A DNA stretch of 64,000 nt, taken from assembly GCA_024679065.1 (NCBI GenBank), contig JAGIQG010000013.1, forward strand, positions 19,220,001 to 19,284,000. Direction: 5' to 3'. The notes under the pieces were generated by a model. It saw nothing but the letters and a program-made list of their open reading frames with translations, did not search any database and had not been told where the DNA came from. The stretch is from Sphyrna mokarran (taxonomy: Eukaryota). A program made the translations under genes and the position numbers. How positions within the stretch are numbered: position 1 is the first letter of the stretch; each line of letters starts with the position of its first letter. Of the stretch, positions 11,941-24,869 are shown piece by piece.

Positions 11941-14724
11941 TGCCTGTTTGGATTCATTCCTTTCAGACTGCTAGGCTGCTTGGCCATTTCAAAGGGCATT
12001 TAAGAGTTAACCATTTACGAGTTAATTCTGAGTCTGGATTCACATGTAGGCATCTTCCTGAAGAGACAGGGGCAGGAATATTTGGCCTCGTTCAACTAAA
12101 AACTGGAAAATCCCGTCTGAGGTCAACAGGCCTTTTCATTGTCCATCTGCCACAATCCCCCACTTCCCCCCACCCCTGCCCTCCATTCGCTAAGATTCCT
12201 ACAGTGGGAAAATTTCCCCATATGAATGAAATATGTGGATGGTTCCAGATGTTTTTCAGTTCCACTGACTGCCACAGTGGGATTCGAACCCAATGTCCCC
12301 AGATCATGAACCTGGGACCTCTGGATTGCTTCTCTAATGAAAAGATTTGTGGAATAATGCTGCAATAGGCTGTAACATAATTGCTGTGGACTGTGGGGGC
12401 ACATCTGTTTTTGTCTTCTGCATTATCTTTTTGCAAGATTTGGACTGATTTGGATAAATACATCATTTATGGGAATACGCGGCAATCAGACATGACAATA
12501 CAGTGAATTAAGTAACACGTACTGAAATGTGACCTATTTAACGCTCAAGTACAGCAAACCACTTATCTACATGGAGATGAAAAAGATTAATCTGTTTTAA
12601 ATGTTCAACATTTCTGTTAAAATCCGGTGGATTTAATCCACTGGTATAATTTAACACCAATGCCTTGGTGTTATTAGCTGAGTTTCTGGATTAATAGTCT
12701 AGCAAAGTAACTATAATCATATCTGGGAGCTGGGTTCGAATCCGAGCTCCCCAGTAGTGTTAGACCACTAATCCATCGTTGCCCACCCACAGTTCAAAGC
12801 ACTATAAATGACTAAATAATATCTTGCCAAGATATTGTAACCTTATCATTCATAATGCATCAAGGATACAAAGTAACGTGAGAATAAAAGCATGATAACT
12901 GCCAAAGATACCAAATTAGGCATTTGCAAAGGAGCACAGTGAGATTTTCTAACTTGCGACAAATGTGAAGAAAGAAACAGCTTGCACCCATATACTACAT
13001 TACATTACTGTTACTTTCCTTCAAACAAGCTGCTAGGCTAATGAGATAATGACACTCTCTCTGCTGGCTCTAAAGATATTTATATTCCTGTGAATGAACG
13101 ATCTTGGGATGTTATATTATATTAAAGGTGCTATATTAATATGAATTGTTGGCGTTGAGTGGAAGATGAGTTGGGAGCCATCTCAGCACACTTTCTTATA
13201 GGTGAAAAATTGCGGCACCAAAAGTCTTATAATAAGTATTAAGGCCACAATGCAGAAAGTTAAAAACTTTGAACATCACACAGCAGCAACTCTTCTGCAG
13301 TTGTAATTGATAGCTCATGATCAGAACATAAGAAAACATGGGATAAGAAAAGGACATTTCTTTTTAATTAGTATTTATTAATTATTATTTATTAATGAAA
13401 AACATTTAAAATATTATTTCCAAAGATCATGTACATCTGATTTTATACTGGGTTCTGCTCAACCACTTCACATTCACAAGGGGATTTCAGTTTATTGATT
13501 CCAAAAGATGGATTAGAAGTCTGCCCTCTGCAAGGTGGTTTGTCATTTATGAATTCAAAAGTAAAAGCTGTAGAAGTATACGTGATGTTTAGTTTGCTTC
13601 AGTTTATTTGCTGCAACAAAATGCATGTTTATCCCAGGGTTAAGTGTCGCCCATGGAGCTCTATGCATGGACAGAACATTCTGGGAAGATACTCTGTGGG
13701 ACATGACCCCTGTGATGCTGTGTAGATAGACTGCTGGCTTTGTTCTAAAATAAGGTTGAGGTCTAAATGGATTAATCTCTAATATCAATTGCGAGATCTG
13801 GAAACCATTGACTTAATTCAAAATTTTATCACTCAATCACGCTACGGAACTCAGAGATCACAGTCAGCAAAGTTATAACCATATTACTAACGCTAGTCCA
13901 GGTTATTAAGACGTTTGCTAGAACATGACAATTTAATACTTTGCAGTTGGGAGTTGTCAACTTTCTTCTGTAGTTTTACAGAACTTGCTGCTTTGACATC
14001 TTGCTGCTAGTTGATTTTTGCTATTAAATCTGAATAGAATACAGGATAAGGTGCATCAAAGTTATTTCATTGCCCACGCAGCAATGCAAGAGAAATGCAA
14101 GACTGCTGTGACCTTCACCAAATAATAACTTGATATGCTATGGTTACAGAACAGATAGACGCTGGAGATTGTAACTAAGTTGCATTAATCAGATTCATAC
14201 TGTACTCACAGTATCAAGTTACAAACTTCTTCAGTTGTTTGAGAGCGGTGTGTAATACTATTCTGTTGAATTAGCAAAACTTTCCCTGATAGCATTGTGT
14301 GTAGATAATACTTCTATCACTTTCACATACATGCTTTTGTCTAGCTCTTGTACTTTCAGTAAACAATTCGCTATCATTTGCATGTTCTTGATTTATTTTC
14401 TTGTCCAAAGATAAGTGTAAATGAGCCAAAGTTTCCTACCAGTTAGCATCCTAGAAAAAGAGATCATCTTGTTTTGTTTTTATTTCTATATCTGTGGTTC
14501 TGGTTGCATCAATCTCCAGACTGTCCATTGAGCTTGCACCAACCATTTGCAAGAAGAATTTCATTTGTTCCACTCCCGTGCGCTGCTATTTGGGTGCTTA
14601 TCCATTTCCCTGTTTGATAGCCACAACTGAATCTGTTCCAACTTCGTTCTCAGTGAATGAAAACAATGAAAACTTCCAATAAAATTCAACAGTGCAAGTT
14701 ACCTCTAATAACTGAAAACTTCTG

Positions 14725-15008
14725 AATAAAGTTTATTCATTAGTCACAAGTAAGGCTTACATTAACACTGCAATAAAGTTACTGTGAAAATCCCCTAATT
14801 GCCAGAGTCTGATCTCTGTTCGGGTCAATGCACCTAACCAGCACATGGGTAGAAACTGGAGCACCAGATCTATGAGAGGTTTACTTGGAAGAAATCTATA
14901 CATATACAGGGAGAATGCGCAAAGTCTGCAAAGACAGTGACTAAACCAGGAATAGAACCCCAGTCCCTGGCACTGTGAAGCAGCAGTGCTAACCACTATC
15001 CTACCATA
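14725..15008 (-). mobile_element. HE1-like SINE
   Basis: AAAGTTTATT..TTAGTCACAAG tail and GCAGCAGTGCTAACCAC head, inverted. Confidence 0.85.
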
Positions 15009-15899
15009 CACCCCGTGGAGGGCTGGAATCCTCATTGTCTTTCTTTGACGAGTTATCAAGCACACATACTGATTTTTGAAGTTAAAAATGTCTTGCTAAG
15101 TTACAAATAATGGACCATCCATGATCAATGGTCAGAATATCTGACTTGCTGTACAAAATGTGACGTCCCAATGACTAGCAAAAGGTGGGAACAACTCATT
15201 TCTTTGATATTTACTGTGAAACTGGCACAGTCCACAGCCAAGACAGACTAGTGCCAACATATTCCTAGCTCTCAAATAGACAAGCACAAAAATCATTCAC
15301 AATGTAAATGTTACTTACACTTTTCAATTCCAGAGCCAGCTGTTTTATCTTCACCAAAGAAGAAAAAGGCACCAGAAGCAATTGGCTGACCGTTAATTCA
15401 GTTCAACTCTCCTGCAAACTGCCGGAATCACTCTGAAGTTCCAATGTTGAACATGGCATGCACGTAGCAGAAATGCACAAGAGGTGTTGGGCTGAAATTT
15501 TCCTTTAAAACTATATTTGTTAAGGGTTGCAGCAAAACCAGAGAATAAGTGATGTAATATGGCTGTGATTACTTCCTTCCTCCTCCAGCACTGCAATCAG
15601 TTTCACAAATACATTTCCAAAATGCCAATAGTATGCAGTTATCTGTTCTCTTTATCTGACTATCTTAGTGCTTAGATATAATCAATTAATGTTCACATTA
15701 CAGTGGAAACAGTATCACGAATGTGTACATGCACTGAAATAGCACATGCATTGGCTACAGTGCTAATTATTTTTTTACAGTAGAATTCTGCTTTTTATGC
15801 CCAAGTCCTTGCTCCATTTAGAATAATGTTTCCTCCATATCATCTCAGATTACTGCAATTCAATATTTTCATACTAGATCACATTTTTTCCATTAAAAG

Positions 15900-16172
15900 A
15901 AGTTTATTTATTAGTCACAAGTCAGGCTTTATATGAACACTGCAATGACGTTACTGCAGGATTCCCCTAATCACCACACTATAGTGTCCATTCCGGTCAA
16001 TATACCTAACCAGCAGGTCTTTCAGAATGTGGGAGGAAATTGGAGCACCTGGAGGAAACCCACGCAGTCATGGGGAGAATGTGCAGATTCCACACAGTCA
16101 GTGGCCCAAGCCGGGAATCAAACCTGGGTTCCTGGCACTGTGAGACAGCAATTCTAACCACTGTGCCACCAT
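15900..16172 (-). mobile_element. HE1-like SINE
   Basis: Same head, core and tail motifs, inverted. Confidence 0.9.
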
Positions 16173-16681
16173 GACATCTTCACCCACCACATACACCACC
16201 ATCACTGCAATATTTTCTGAGCATAATGAGAGATGGGTGGAATTGCACGGTGCAGCAAACATCAAGGGACATTGGAAAAGTCTCTTAAATTCTGATTTTA
16301 AAGGGCTAGAATTGGTGTGTCGGCATAGAGTTTAAAGAGTTATAATTTACACAGGAGCAAATGTTGAGTTTGGATTTTACTATTCTTATTTCAGATATTG
16401 AATCAGATACAGTTGATTGTATTAGAACATATGTCTCACTTTTTTAATTCTGTTTTTCAGACTTTGCCCATTTGCTTCTTGTTAATTACCAGAAAGTCAA
16501 CTGTGGTCTTATCCAATACCATTGTGTATTTAATTAAATCTTTATACTCTTCCAATCAGATCAGTTACATTGCAATCAATTTAGTAGGTGACGCCTCCTT
16601 TTCTATAGTATCTTTATATGGACTGAAATGGTAATTGCAATGAAAAGCATCCCTGGCAGTGTGAGGCAGCAGTGCCTTTGC

Positions 16682-18467
16682 TTGCTTGCTATTTCACTCT
16701 GTTTACATAAATTTGACTGCTATTATTAAAGGATTGGTGCTGCATGACTGATTTCATAAATTATCATAGTTGGGTGCTCATCAGTTCACAGGCTAATTGA
16801 TAGCTCCAAATGCTTACATAACATGGACTATGAATACAAATGCTTGTTTTTATAAGGGATTACAATAAGTTAAAAGTATTGAATGAGTATTTAATCAATG
16901 AGAGCTTTTGTCTTGCAATAGTGAATTTATCATTAGATGCTTAATCTCTTTATGTAATCACAGCATGTGTCCGAGGGCTATCCATGATGGATACCAAATG
17001 AGTTGGTATAGAGAGTGTAAGGGAAAAGGCTGGTGAGCGGAGGCATAGGTTGGCACAAGTGGGCACAGGAGTTATAAAGGATCATTGGGCTGAGTAACAA
17101 GTTTGGATTAGCATGGAGGATATGAGGGCCTTTGGGGTGAGTAGAAGGAATAGAGTGCCAATGTTTGGCATGGATGAGGTATGAGGAGTATGTTGGGGGT
17201 GAAGAGCTGTGAGAAATATAATTGGAGGGCTGCTTTTGTTTTATTCCTTTCTCATATCTTCGACAAAGCTCCATGGCAGCACTTTTCACCCAGTCAGGTT
17301 CCCTGGCAGTGTGAGGCTAACCACTGTGTAATGTTTCACTCATTGATATGTCAAGCAACTAAAACTCTTTGGTGTCTTAAATTTCTGTTCCACATTTATT
17401 TAATTCACAAATTGAGCAATAAAGTGTTGAAAGTTAGAGTATTTGCATTAACTCAACCTTCAAGGAACCAGTGGAGTATGAAAGGTCAGTAGAGTATGGA
17501 ACTAAGAAGAAGTGATTGGGATACAAGTCTTGACGTTTTCCTTTGTGTATTTTATTGTATTTTCAGCTTGGATTTATGTGAAGCTTTTACATTTCAGTTG
17601 TGCAATGTTAAGAACAATTCAATATTTTCATATTAGATCACTTTTTCCATTAAAAGAAGTTTATTTATTAGTCACAAGTCTAAATTGTTTATTTTGTACT
17701 TTAGCTGGGAATGAGTTTCATGCAGTAATTGCTGGTGAATTGCTTTTAAAAAAGGTGCAATTAGTTGTTCAGTTTGCAGCTTTACCCTTGGTTGTTAGAT
17801 GTGTGAGCTGCCATCCCCCAGAAACAGTACAGAGGCTGCCAGGTACGGAACCTGACTGGGTGAAAAGTGCTGCCATGGAGCTTTGTCGAAGATATGAGAA
17901 AGGAATAAAACAAAAGCAGCCCTCCAATTATATTTCTCACAGCTCTTCACCCCCAACATACTCCTCATACCTCATCCATGCCAAACATTGGCACTCTATT
18001 CCTTCTACTCACCCCAAAGGCCCTCATATCCTCCATGCTAATCCAAACTTGTTACTCAGCCCAATGATCCTTTATAACTCCTGTGCCCACTTGTGCCAAC
18101 CTATGCCTCCGCTCACCAGCCTTTTCCCTTACACTCTCTATACCAACTCATTTGGTATCCATCATGGATAGCCCTCGGACACATGCTGTGATTACATAAA
18201 GAGATTAAGCATCTAATGATAAATTCACTATTGCAAGACAAAAGCTCTCATTGATTAAATACTCATTCAATACTTTTAACTTATTGTAATCCCTTATAAA
18301 AACAAGCATTTGTATTCATAGTCCATGTTATGTAAGCATTTGGAGCTATCAATTAGCCTGTGAACTGATGAGCACCCAACTATGATAATTTATGAAATCA
18401 GTCATGCAGCACCAATCCTTTAATAATAGCAGTCAAATTTATGTAAACAGAGTGAAATAGCAAGCAA
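16682..18467. repeat. Inverted duplication: arms 16682-17302 and 17847-18467 (621 bp each), 544-bp spacer
   Basis: The arms are reverse complements wherever checked; ORF 16978..17289(-) matches the last 103 codons of ORF 17512..18171(+). Confidence 0.95.
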
Positions 18468-18782
18468 TGATTTTTTAAAACAGTGACTTTTTAAAATAGT
18501 TTAAAAATGAAAGATTTAAACTCATCACAGCTTGACAGCTCAGTCTGAAAGATCCTTTTTGCAATCCTCTTGATAGTTCTTTTGACAGTTGTCTTTTGGA
18601 GAATCTGTATAGACTCAATGGGCCAAATGGTCTTCTTCTACACACTAAGGATTTTATGCATTCTATATCAGAGAGGGTACAGAAGGGATTCATAACATGT
18701 TTTCAGGAATGAAGAATTTTAGCTCTAAGGAAAGATTGGATAGAGTGGCTTTGTTTTCTTTGGAACAGGGGTAGCTCAGAGA

Positions 18783-19535
18783 TAGAACATAGAACATAGA
18801 ACATTACAGCACAGAACAGGCCCTTCGGCCCTCGATGTTGCGCCAACCAATATAAAAAGCAATGACCCTCCAAACTAAACCATTCCCTTCTCTTCCATAT
18901 ACTTATCAACTAACCTCTTAAACGCCACCAAACTTGGCGCATCTACAACTGCTGCAGGCAGGGCATTCCACTCCCGAACCACCCTTTGGGTAAAGAACCT
19001 ACCTCTGATATCCGTCCTATAACTATCACCCCTTAATTTAAAGCTGTGTCCCCTCGTGCTAGCTTTCTCCATCCTAGGAAAAAGGCTATCACTGTCCACC
19101 CTATCTAAACCTCTAATCATCTTATATGTTTCGATAAGGTCCCCTCTTAGCCGCCTCCTTTCTAACGAAAACAACCTCAAATCCCTCAGCCTCTCTTCAT
19201 AAGACCTGCCCTCCATACCAGGCAACATCCTGGTAAACCTCCTCTGTACCCTCTCCAATGCCTCCACATCTTTCTTATAATGTGGGGACCAGAACTGCAC
19301 ACAATACTCCAAGTGCGGCCGCACTAGAGTTTTGTACAGTTGCAACATGACGTTGCGGCTCCGAAATTCAATCCCCCTACCAATAAAAGCTAAGACTCCA
19401 TATGCCTTCTTAACAACCTTCTCAACTTGACTGCCTACTTTCAGGGATCTATGCACATACACACCAAGGTCCCTCTGTTCATCAACACTACTAAGAATCC
19501 TACCATTAACCCTATACTCTACACATTTATTATTG
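18783..19535 (-). mobile_element. Young 5'-truncated CR1 LINE
   Basis: Uninterrupted ORF2 C-terminus 18875..19546 (RDLGV, LVRPHLEYC, LERVQRRFTRM, FFTQRVV..WN.LP) plus (TATGTTC)n tail at 18783-18802. Confidence 0.95.
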
Positions 19536-20234
19536 ATTAAAATCAAATTTAGGAAGGCCTAGAGAGAATTAAGATAAAGGAGCTAGTTCTGTTAGCAGAG
19601 ACATCAATAATCTGTGGAAATAGGCTTTAAAGTCTTTAGTGAAAGAATTGGAGGCAGATTGAGGAGTTTGTACTCGATTAGCGGTGGTGTGGTTTGGAAC
19701 TGACTCCATGAACCAAGCAGTAAAAGTAATAAACTCAATCAGATCTTAAAAACATTTGGACATCTTAGCTTCAAACTGAGAGCCAGAACTAGATATCTCT
19801 TAGCACAGACATGATGGGCTGAATAGCTTCCTTCTGTGCAATGCACCTTTGTGCTTTTCAGCCATGATGAGCAAATTAGACACGTTTAATATCTTCCCTG
19901 AAACAAGTCAGTGGATTTTGCTGTGTGTGTGTGAGGCTTTGGTGAGCGTAGGGAACAGCAATTACCTGTAGTATCATTACATCAGAGATAAGGAGAGGTT
20001 TCTGGATTGTATGATCCAAAACAGTGTCACAGCTAGAGGCAGTGCTAGATAATTCAGGACACAAAGACAGTACAGAGTGGGAAGTGAATAACTATCCACA
20101 GGAGCAGTGAGATAAACATAACTAAATGCTATAGGTGATATACGAGCAAAAGTATAGAAACTCTGTCCTACTACTAACCTGTTTTGCTAAATTGGTGGAC
20201 AAAAGGATAGGGGGTGGGCTTCCAACAGGATTCT

Positions 20235-20585
20235 CACTGCAAGGGAGTCTTGCAGTGCTGCAGCAGAACAGTGCTGCAGTGGAAGTCTTGCAGTGTTGCA
20301 GGGGAGCCTTGCAGTGCTGCAGCAGGAATCTTGCAGTGCTGCTTGCAGCTGAAGTCTGGCAGTTCTACAGCAGGAATGGTGCTGCAATAGGATTCTGGCA
20401 CACTGCAGGGGAGTCTTGTAGTTTTGCAGCGGTAATCTTGCAAATGCTGCATTGGGAGTTTGGCAGCGCTGCATTGGGAGTTTGGCAGCGCTGCATTGGG
20501 AGTTTGGCAGCGCTGCAGTGGGAACCTTGTAGTGCTGCAGGGGAGTCGTGAACTGTGATAGTGGGAGTTTGGCAGTGCTGCAGCG
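20235..20585. repeat. GC-rich minisatellite, about 21-22 bp unit (GCATTGGGAGTTTGGCAGCGCT)
   Basis: Three near-exact 22-bp units at about 20449-20515 with diverged flanking units; explains the overlapping repetitive ORFs. Confidence 0.9.
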
Positions 20586-21559
20586 GACAAACATGAGAAG
20601 TTTCAAGATACGCTATCATTCCTCAAGTCTCAAGTGAGTAATCAGTTGTTCCCTCATTTATCCTTTGTATCTCCCTTCTTGTGTAGGCAAAACAGCCAAG
20701 CAACCTGGACCATTCTCGTCCCTCGGACCCTCTGGACACAAGCAGCTCCGAGGGAGACTTCTCACACCCTACAGATGAAGATGTGTCACAACCGTAACCC
20801 ACACCAACACCAGTGCGGATGCTCACACCACGGTAGGTTCATTAAGTAAGGAGGTAAATAGGTGGGGCTTCTGGATCACTCAATGGTGAGCACTTCACAG
20901 CTGAAAATCCACAAGAGGTGGAGGCAGGGATGTCCCAGTGAAACTGGTCTCAGAGGGAAGCTGGAAGCCAGGACTCTGTTGGTTTCCTTTCTGGTAATGT
21001 GCCTCCACCCATGGATGTTGGGGAAGCAGCAAGATGTAGTGGTAGGGTTAAGAAATATGTAAAATATTAGGAGCCCTGTGGTGGCACAGATATTAACCAA
21101 ATGTTTCTAAAGTTCATCAGTGTACACACAATGCAACACACTTTACATTTACTTTTGTGCATTCCTCTCCTTTATGATGAACCTTGTCTCTGTAAAATAT
21201 ATGCGTCACTAAGGTCCCTCTCCTCATTTACCATAAATTTCACTATCTGGTGCCTCTCATCTTGTGTTCTGCTTCCATCGCAGCAAGGTGTGTGTTCATT
21301 CATCCATCATTCCCAAAAGTGTGATGCATTATCCTTCATTTCAGCTTTCCTTGCGGGAGAACTTGCTTCACATTCTTTACAGATCATGCATTGCTAATTC
21401 TTGCCTGTCTAAGACTGTGACTCATGCGCATTCTCACTTTGTCTGCTTTTAGCAAAGGTCAAGGTCTAGTGCAGTAGGAGAGCTGTTAAGTGGGGTGGAG
21501 AAGGGTCATGTGTACTGGAATTCCCCGTACTCTCTGCAGAACAGTCTCGCTGCAGAGGA

Positions 21560-22145
21560 ATTCATCAGGCAAAATATCTTACTCAAGACAATTCACATCT
21601 CTTTAACCTGTGATTAACTCTCTCTCCACTTGCATTGTTTGCACCTGTAAAGACTTGATTACCTATTAAAACTCGCATAATGGGCAGAACGATGCCATAG
21701 TGGTTAGCACTGCTACCTAACAGTACCAGGGACAGGGATCTGGGTTTGATTCCTGATTTGAGTCACTGTCTGTATGGAGTTTGCACACTCTTCCCATGTC
21801 TGCGCGGATTTCCTCCGGGTGTCTGGTTTCCCCCCACAGTCTGAAAGACGTGTTGGTTGGGCGCATTGACCTGTACAGGCTCTGGGGTGTGGCGACTAGA
21901 AGATTTTCACAATAACTTTATTGCAGTGTTAATGTAACCGTTACTTGAGACTAATAAATAAACTTTTCAACTTTAATTGATTCTGTGTCTATACGTGCCC
22001 TGTTTGTGAACCCAGTTTTCCATTCACCTGATGGAGTAGCATTCCGAAAGTTCATGATACCAAATAAACCAGTTGGACTTTAACCTGGTGTAGTGAGACT
22101 CCTTACTGTGCCCACCCTAGTCTAAGGCCAGCATCTCCACATCAT
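21560..22145 (+). mobile_element. Penelope-like 3' segment interrupted by a SINE
   Basis: Terminal motif CACCTGATG..CCGAAAG..AAATAAACCAGTTGGACTTTAACCTGGTG is also present at 32470-32550; family from recall. Confidence 0.55.
21680..21965 (+). mobile_element. HE1-like SINE
   Basis: Head, V-core and CTAATAAATAAACTTT tail. Confidence 0.9.
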
Positions 22146-22499
22146 CTGCAATGTGGCAAGAATTCCAAGTTATGGGTCACTCCTCAGAGCTTGTGTGCAC
22201 TCTGTGTGCTGGTCACATGTGGCAGGCTCATCAATAATTGTGAGGATATGCCACCTCAATGTGCCAAGGTTATACCTCTCTCAGCACTAATAATGGTCAT
22301 GCCACTAATGTCTACATCCTTGAGATTGTCCATCCAGTGGCATCAAGGGTCTATTCGCATTGTCCCTTCCCGAGTTGGAGTCTCACCCTGTGCTGCCACA
22401 GCCCAAATTCCCAATCCCCCACCCATACCCTCATAGTTTCCTTTGTTTAGATTTAAGATCAGACTAGAAGTTTCTGATATTTTTTCAAAGTGTTGGTCC

Positions 22500-22945
22500 C
22501 AGTGACAATCCTGCCATGGGCAGTAACGGGAAAAGTTGCTGCATGTTCAATTACTTTAACAAAAAACTTTTCCCATGTGTTTCACACCCACGCGCCTGGT
22601 GGCTTGCCTCTGATTTGCTCACTCCAGTAAGACTTAATCTCTGTAATAAGCAGGGTGCTCCTTGTAAACGTCTGCTCCAGCACTTGTTACAAATCCACAG
22701 GATATGAGGGATGGAGGGGTGGTAGATGCTGACCTGGAAAACAGCTCCATGTTTCCTGGAGGGTGATCTCACTAAACCTCCAGAGAGTGTGGAGCAGAGG
22801 CGTGACATCCTGCACCTGTGATTGGCCAGGCATCCAGCAAGCAAGGTCACCACCCCCGCCCAGGAAGCTGTGGGTGTGATAGTGAATGCCAACTGAAGAT
22901 GGGGGCAACAGTGCTGGAAGAAAATGAATGAGCTTAAAGTTCAAA
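22500..22945 (+). mobile_element. PIF/Harbinger remnant, Myb/SANT-like ORF fragment
   Basis: From 22726: MLTWKTAPCFLEGDL...VEQRRDILH, resembling the APRFS..L..V..RRD.L start of Harbinger Myb/SANT proteins. Confidence 0.55.
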
Positions 22946-23189
22946 GCTTATTTATTAATCACAAGTAAGGCTTACGTTAACACTGCAACTAAGTCACTGA
23001 GAAATTCCCCTAGTTGCCACACTCCAGCGCCTGTTTAGGTTAACCAGCACGTCTTTCTGACTGTGGAAGCCTCTTCACACAGCCAGGGTCAGTCTGCCTC
23101 CTGATATCTCTCACTGCACCTTTGCACATGCCCTTCACACTTCCAAAGTGATCTCTCATCCAGATGCCTCACGTTTCCCAACAATTCTC

Positions 23190-23480
23190 ATCCCGGACCT
23201 TCTCTCTGTTGGGAAAAAGATGCAAAAGTTTGAGGTCACATTCCAATTGACTCAAGAACAGCTTATTTCCTGCTGCTGTCAGACTTTTGAATGGACCTCT
23301 CTTGCATTAATTTGATCTTTCTCTGCACCCTAGCTATGACAGTAACACTACATTCTACACTCTCTCCTTTCCTTCTCTACGAACGGTATGCCTTGCCTGT
23401 ATGGCACGCAAGAAATAATATTTTTCACTCCATGCTAATACATGCGACAATAATAAATCAAATCATGTCAAAATCAAATG
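23190..23480 (+). mobile_element. Rex1/Babar-type LINE 3' end
   Basis: Homologous to 45730-46000; ends in AATAAATCAAATC. Confidence 0.8.
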
Positions 23481-24869
23481 TAGCCCAACCCTCCCACGCC
23501 AAACTCCCTCCCCCAGCTCCCAATGGCCCTCCAGTAGATCCCAGTTTGCTCCTCACATCTCTGCTCCCATTCATGTCCCACGCATACCAGACTTCATCAC
23601 GATCTGAACTGGCAGGACTCCCTATCTGAGTGTCTCACTGCAGGTCGTATAGCTGGCATGAGCGGGCACAGCCAGCTGGGGTCATGCCCAAGCTGAGAGC
23701 CTTGATCTGGTCAGCGAGGAGCAGGACTGCATGTGTTCAGAGGGTAAGATAGAGGCGACAGACACAAGAGAGAATTCGCAACACACAGTCACGGTGCAAG
23801 CTTCTGGAGACCACTAACCCGAGCAGCTCCAAATAAGACATTGAACCACAGAGGAATCCTTACAGCTTAGAAGGAGGCCATTCGGCCCATCAAGTCTGCT
23901 CCATCTCTCCAAAAGAGGGTCTTACTCCCTATCCCATTGACAGACCTAACTGCCATGCTAAGCATTAGAATTTCCATCACCTCAATTTCTGAATGACTGA
24001 ATATGACCTATAATAAACTTACAAACACATTTTTCGGTGAATTGGGGGTATAAAAGTTAATTCCTTTGTAAATTTATAAACAATCACTCAAAATCTTTCA
24101 GAATATGTCTGCTCATAACTTTGCACACGATTGCAGCTTAATGTTTAGAGCTACTGCACTGAAGCCTGTAGATTAGTACAATGAATGGAAACTCGCAATG
24201 ATTATTCACTAACCTTGCCGCCACCATAGCTGCTTCTACTGTAAAATCTTTTCAACTAATGTAAAAAAAACATAGAAACTCAAATTGTACCTGACATTCA
24301 TTTGAGCTTAAAATTCTGCAATTTGTTCTGTTAATATTGAGGGAATTGGGGCAGAAACTCCAGGCTATAATCTTTGTTTCAGTATTGCAATGTCACACTA
24401 AGCAGCTGTCAGTGCAAGAAAGCCGTCTTTAAGAAAAGAACCTTCAGCAAACTGATTTTGCCCGGCTATTGGCACAGACTTGGTGGGCCAAAGCTCCTGT
24501 GTTGTTGAAGAGTGAAAGTTTATTAAAGTTTATTTATTAGTCAGGCTTATATTCACACTGCAGTGAAGTTACTGTGAAAATCCACCAGTTGCCATGCTCC
24601 AGCGCCTGTTCGGGTACACTGAGGGAGAATTTAGCATGGGTAATGCATCTAACCAGCACATTTTTGGACATCAACAGCACCTTGCATGCATTTAAATTGA
24701 AGAAACCTTCCGAACAATCATGCATGCAGAACTCAGTCTCAATTCAATACGTTTGCTGTCACCGTGTTTGTTCTTGTATTTTATAAATGCTGAATGCAGA
24801 GATATTGAAGCAGAACTTTACCAAAAATGACAGAAAAATAACTTTCAGATGAGGCTCCCTCTGCTGGAC

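Noticed and set aside
12330-15700. Unique-looking stretches with short ORFs (12092-12466, 13495-13788, 14494-14682, 15393-15596)
   Set aside because: No convincing splice-bounded exon or protein motif found by eye; small exons of another gene cannot be excluded without RNA data.
17512-18171. 219-aa ORF and its 103-aa inverted twin
   Set aside because: No recognisable domain, non-ATG start, spans repeat junctions; the twin is a product of the inverted duplication.
20135-20619. Four overlapping ORFs with repeated peptides
   Set aside because: Translation of the 22-bp minisatellite.
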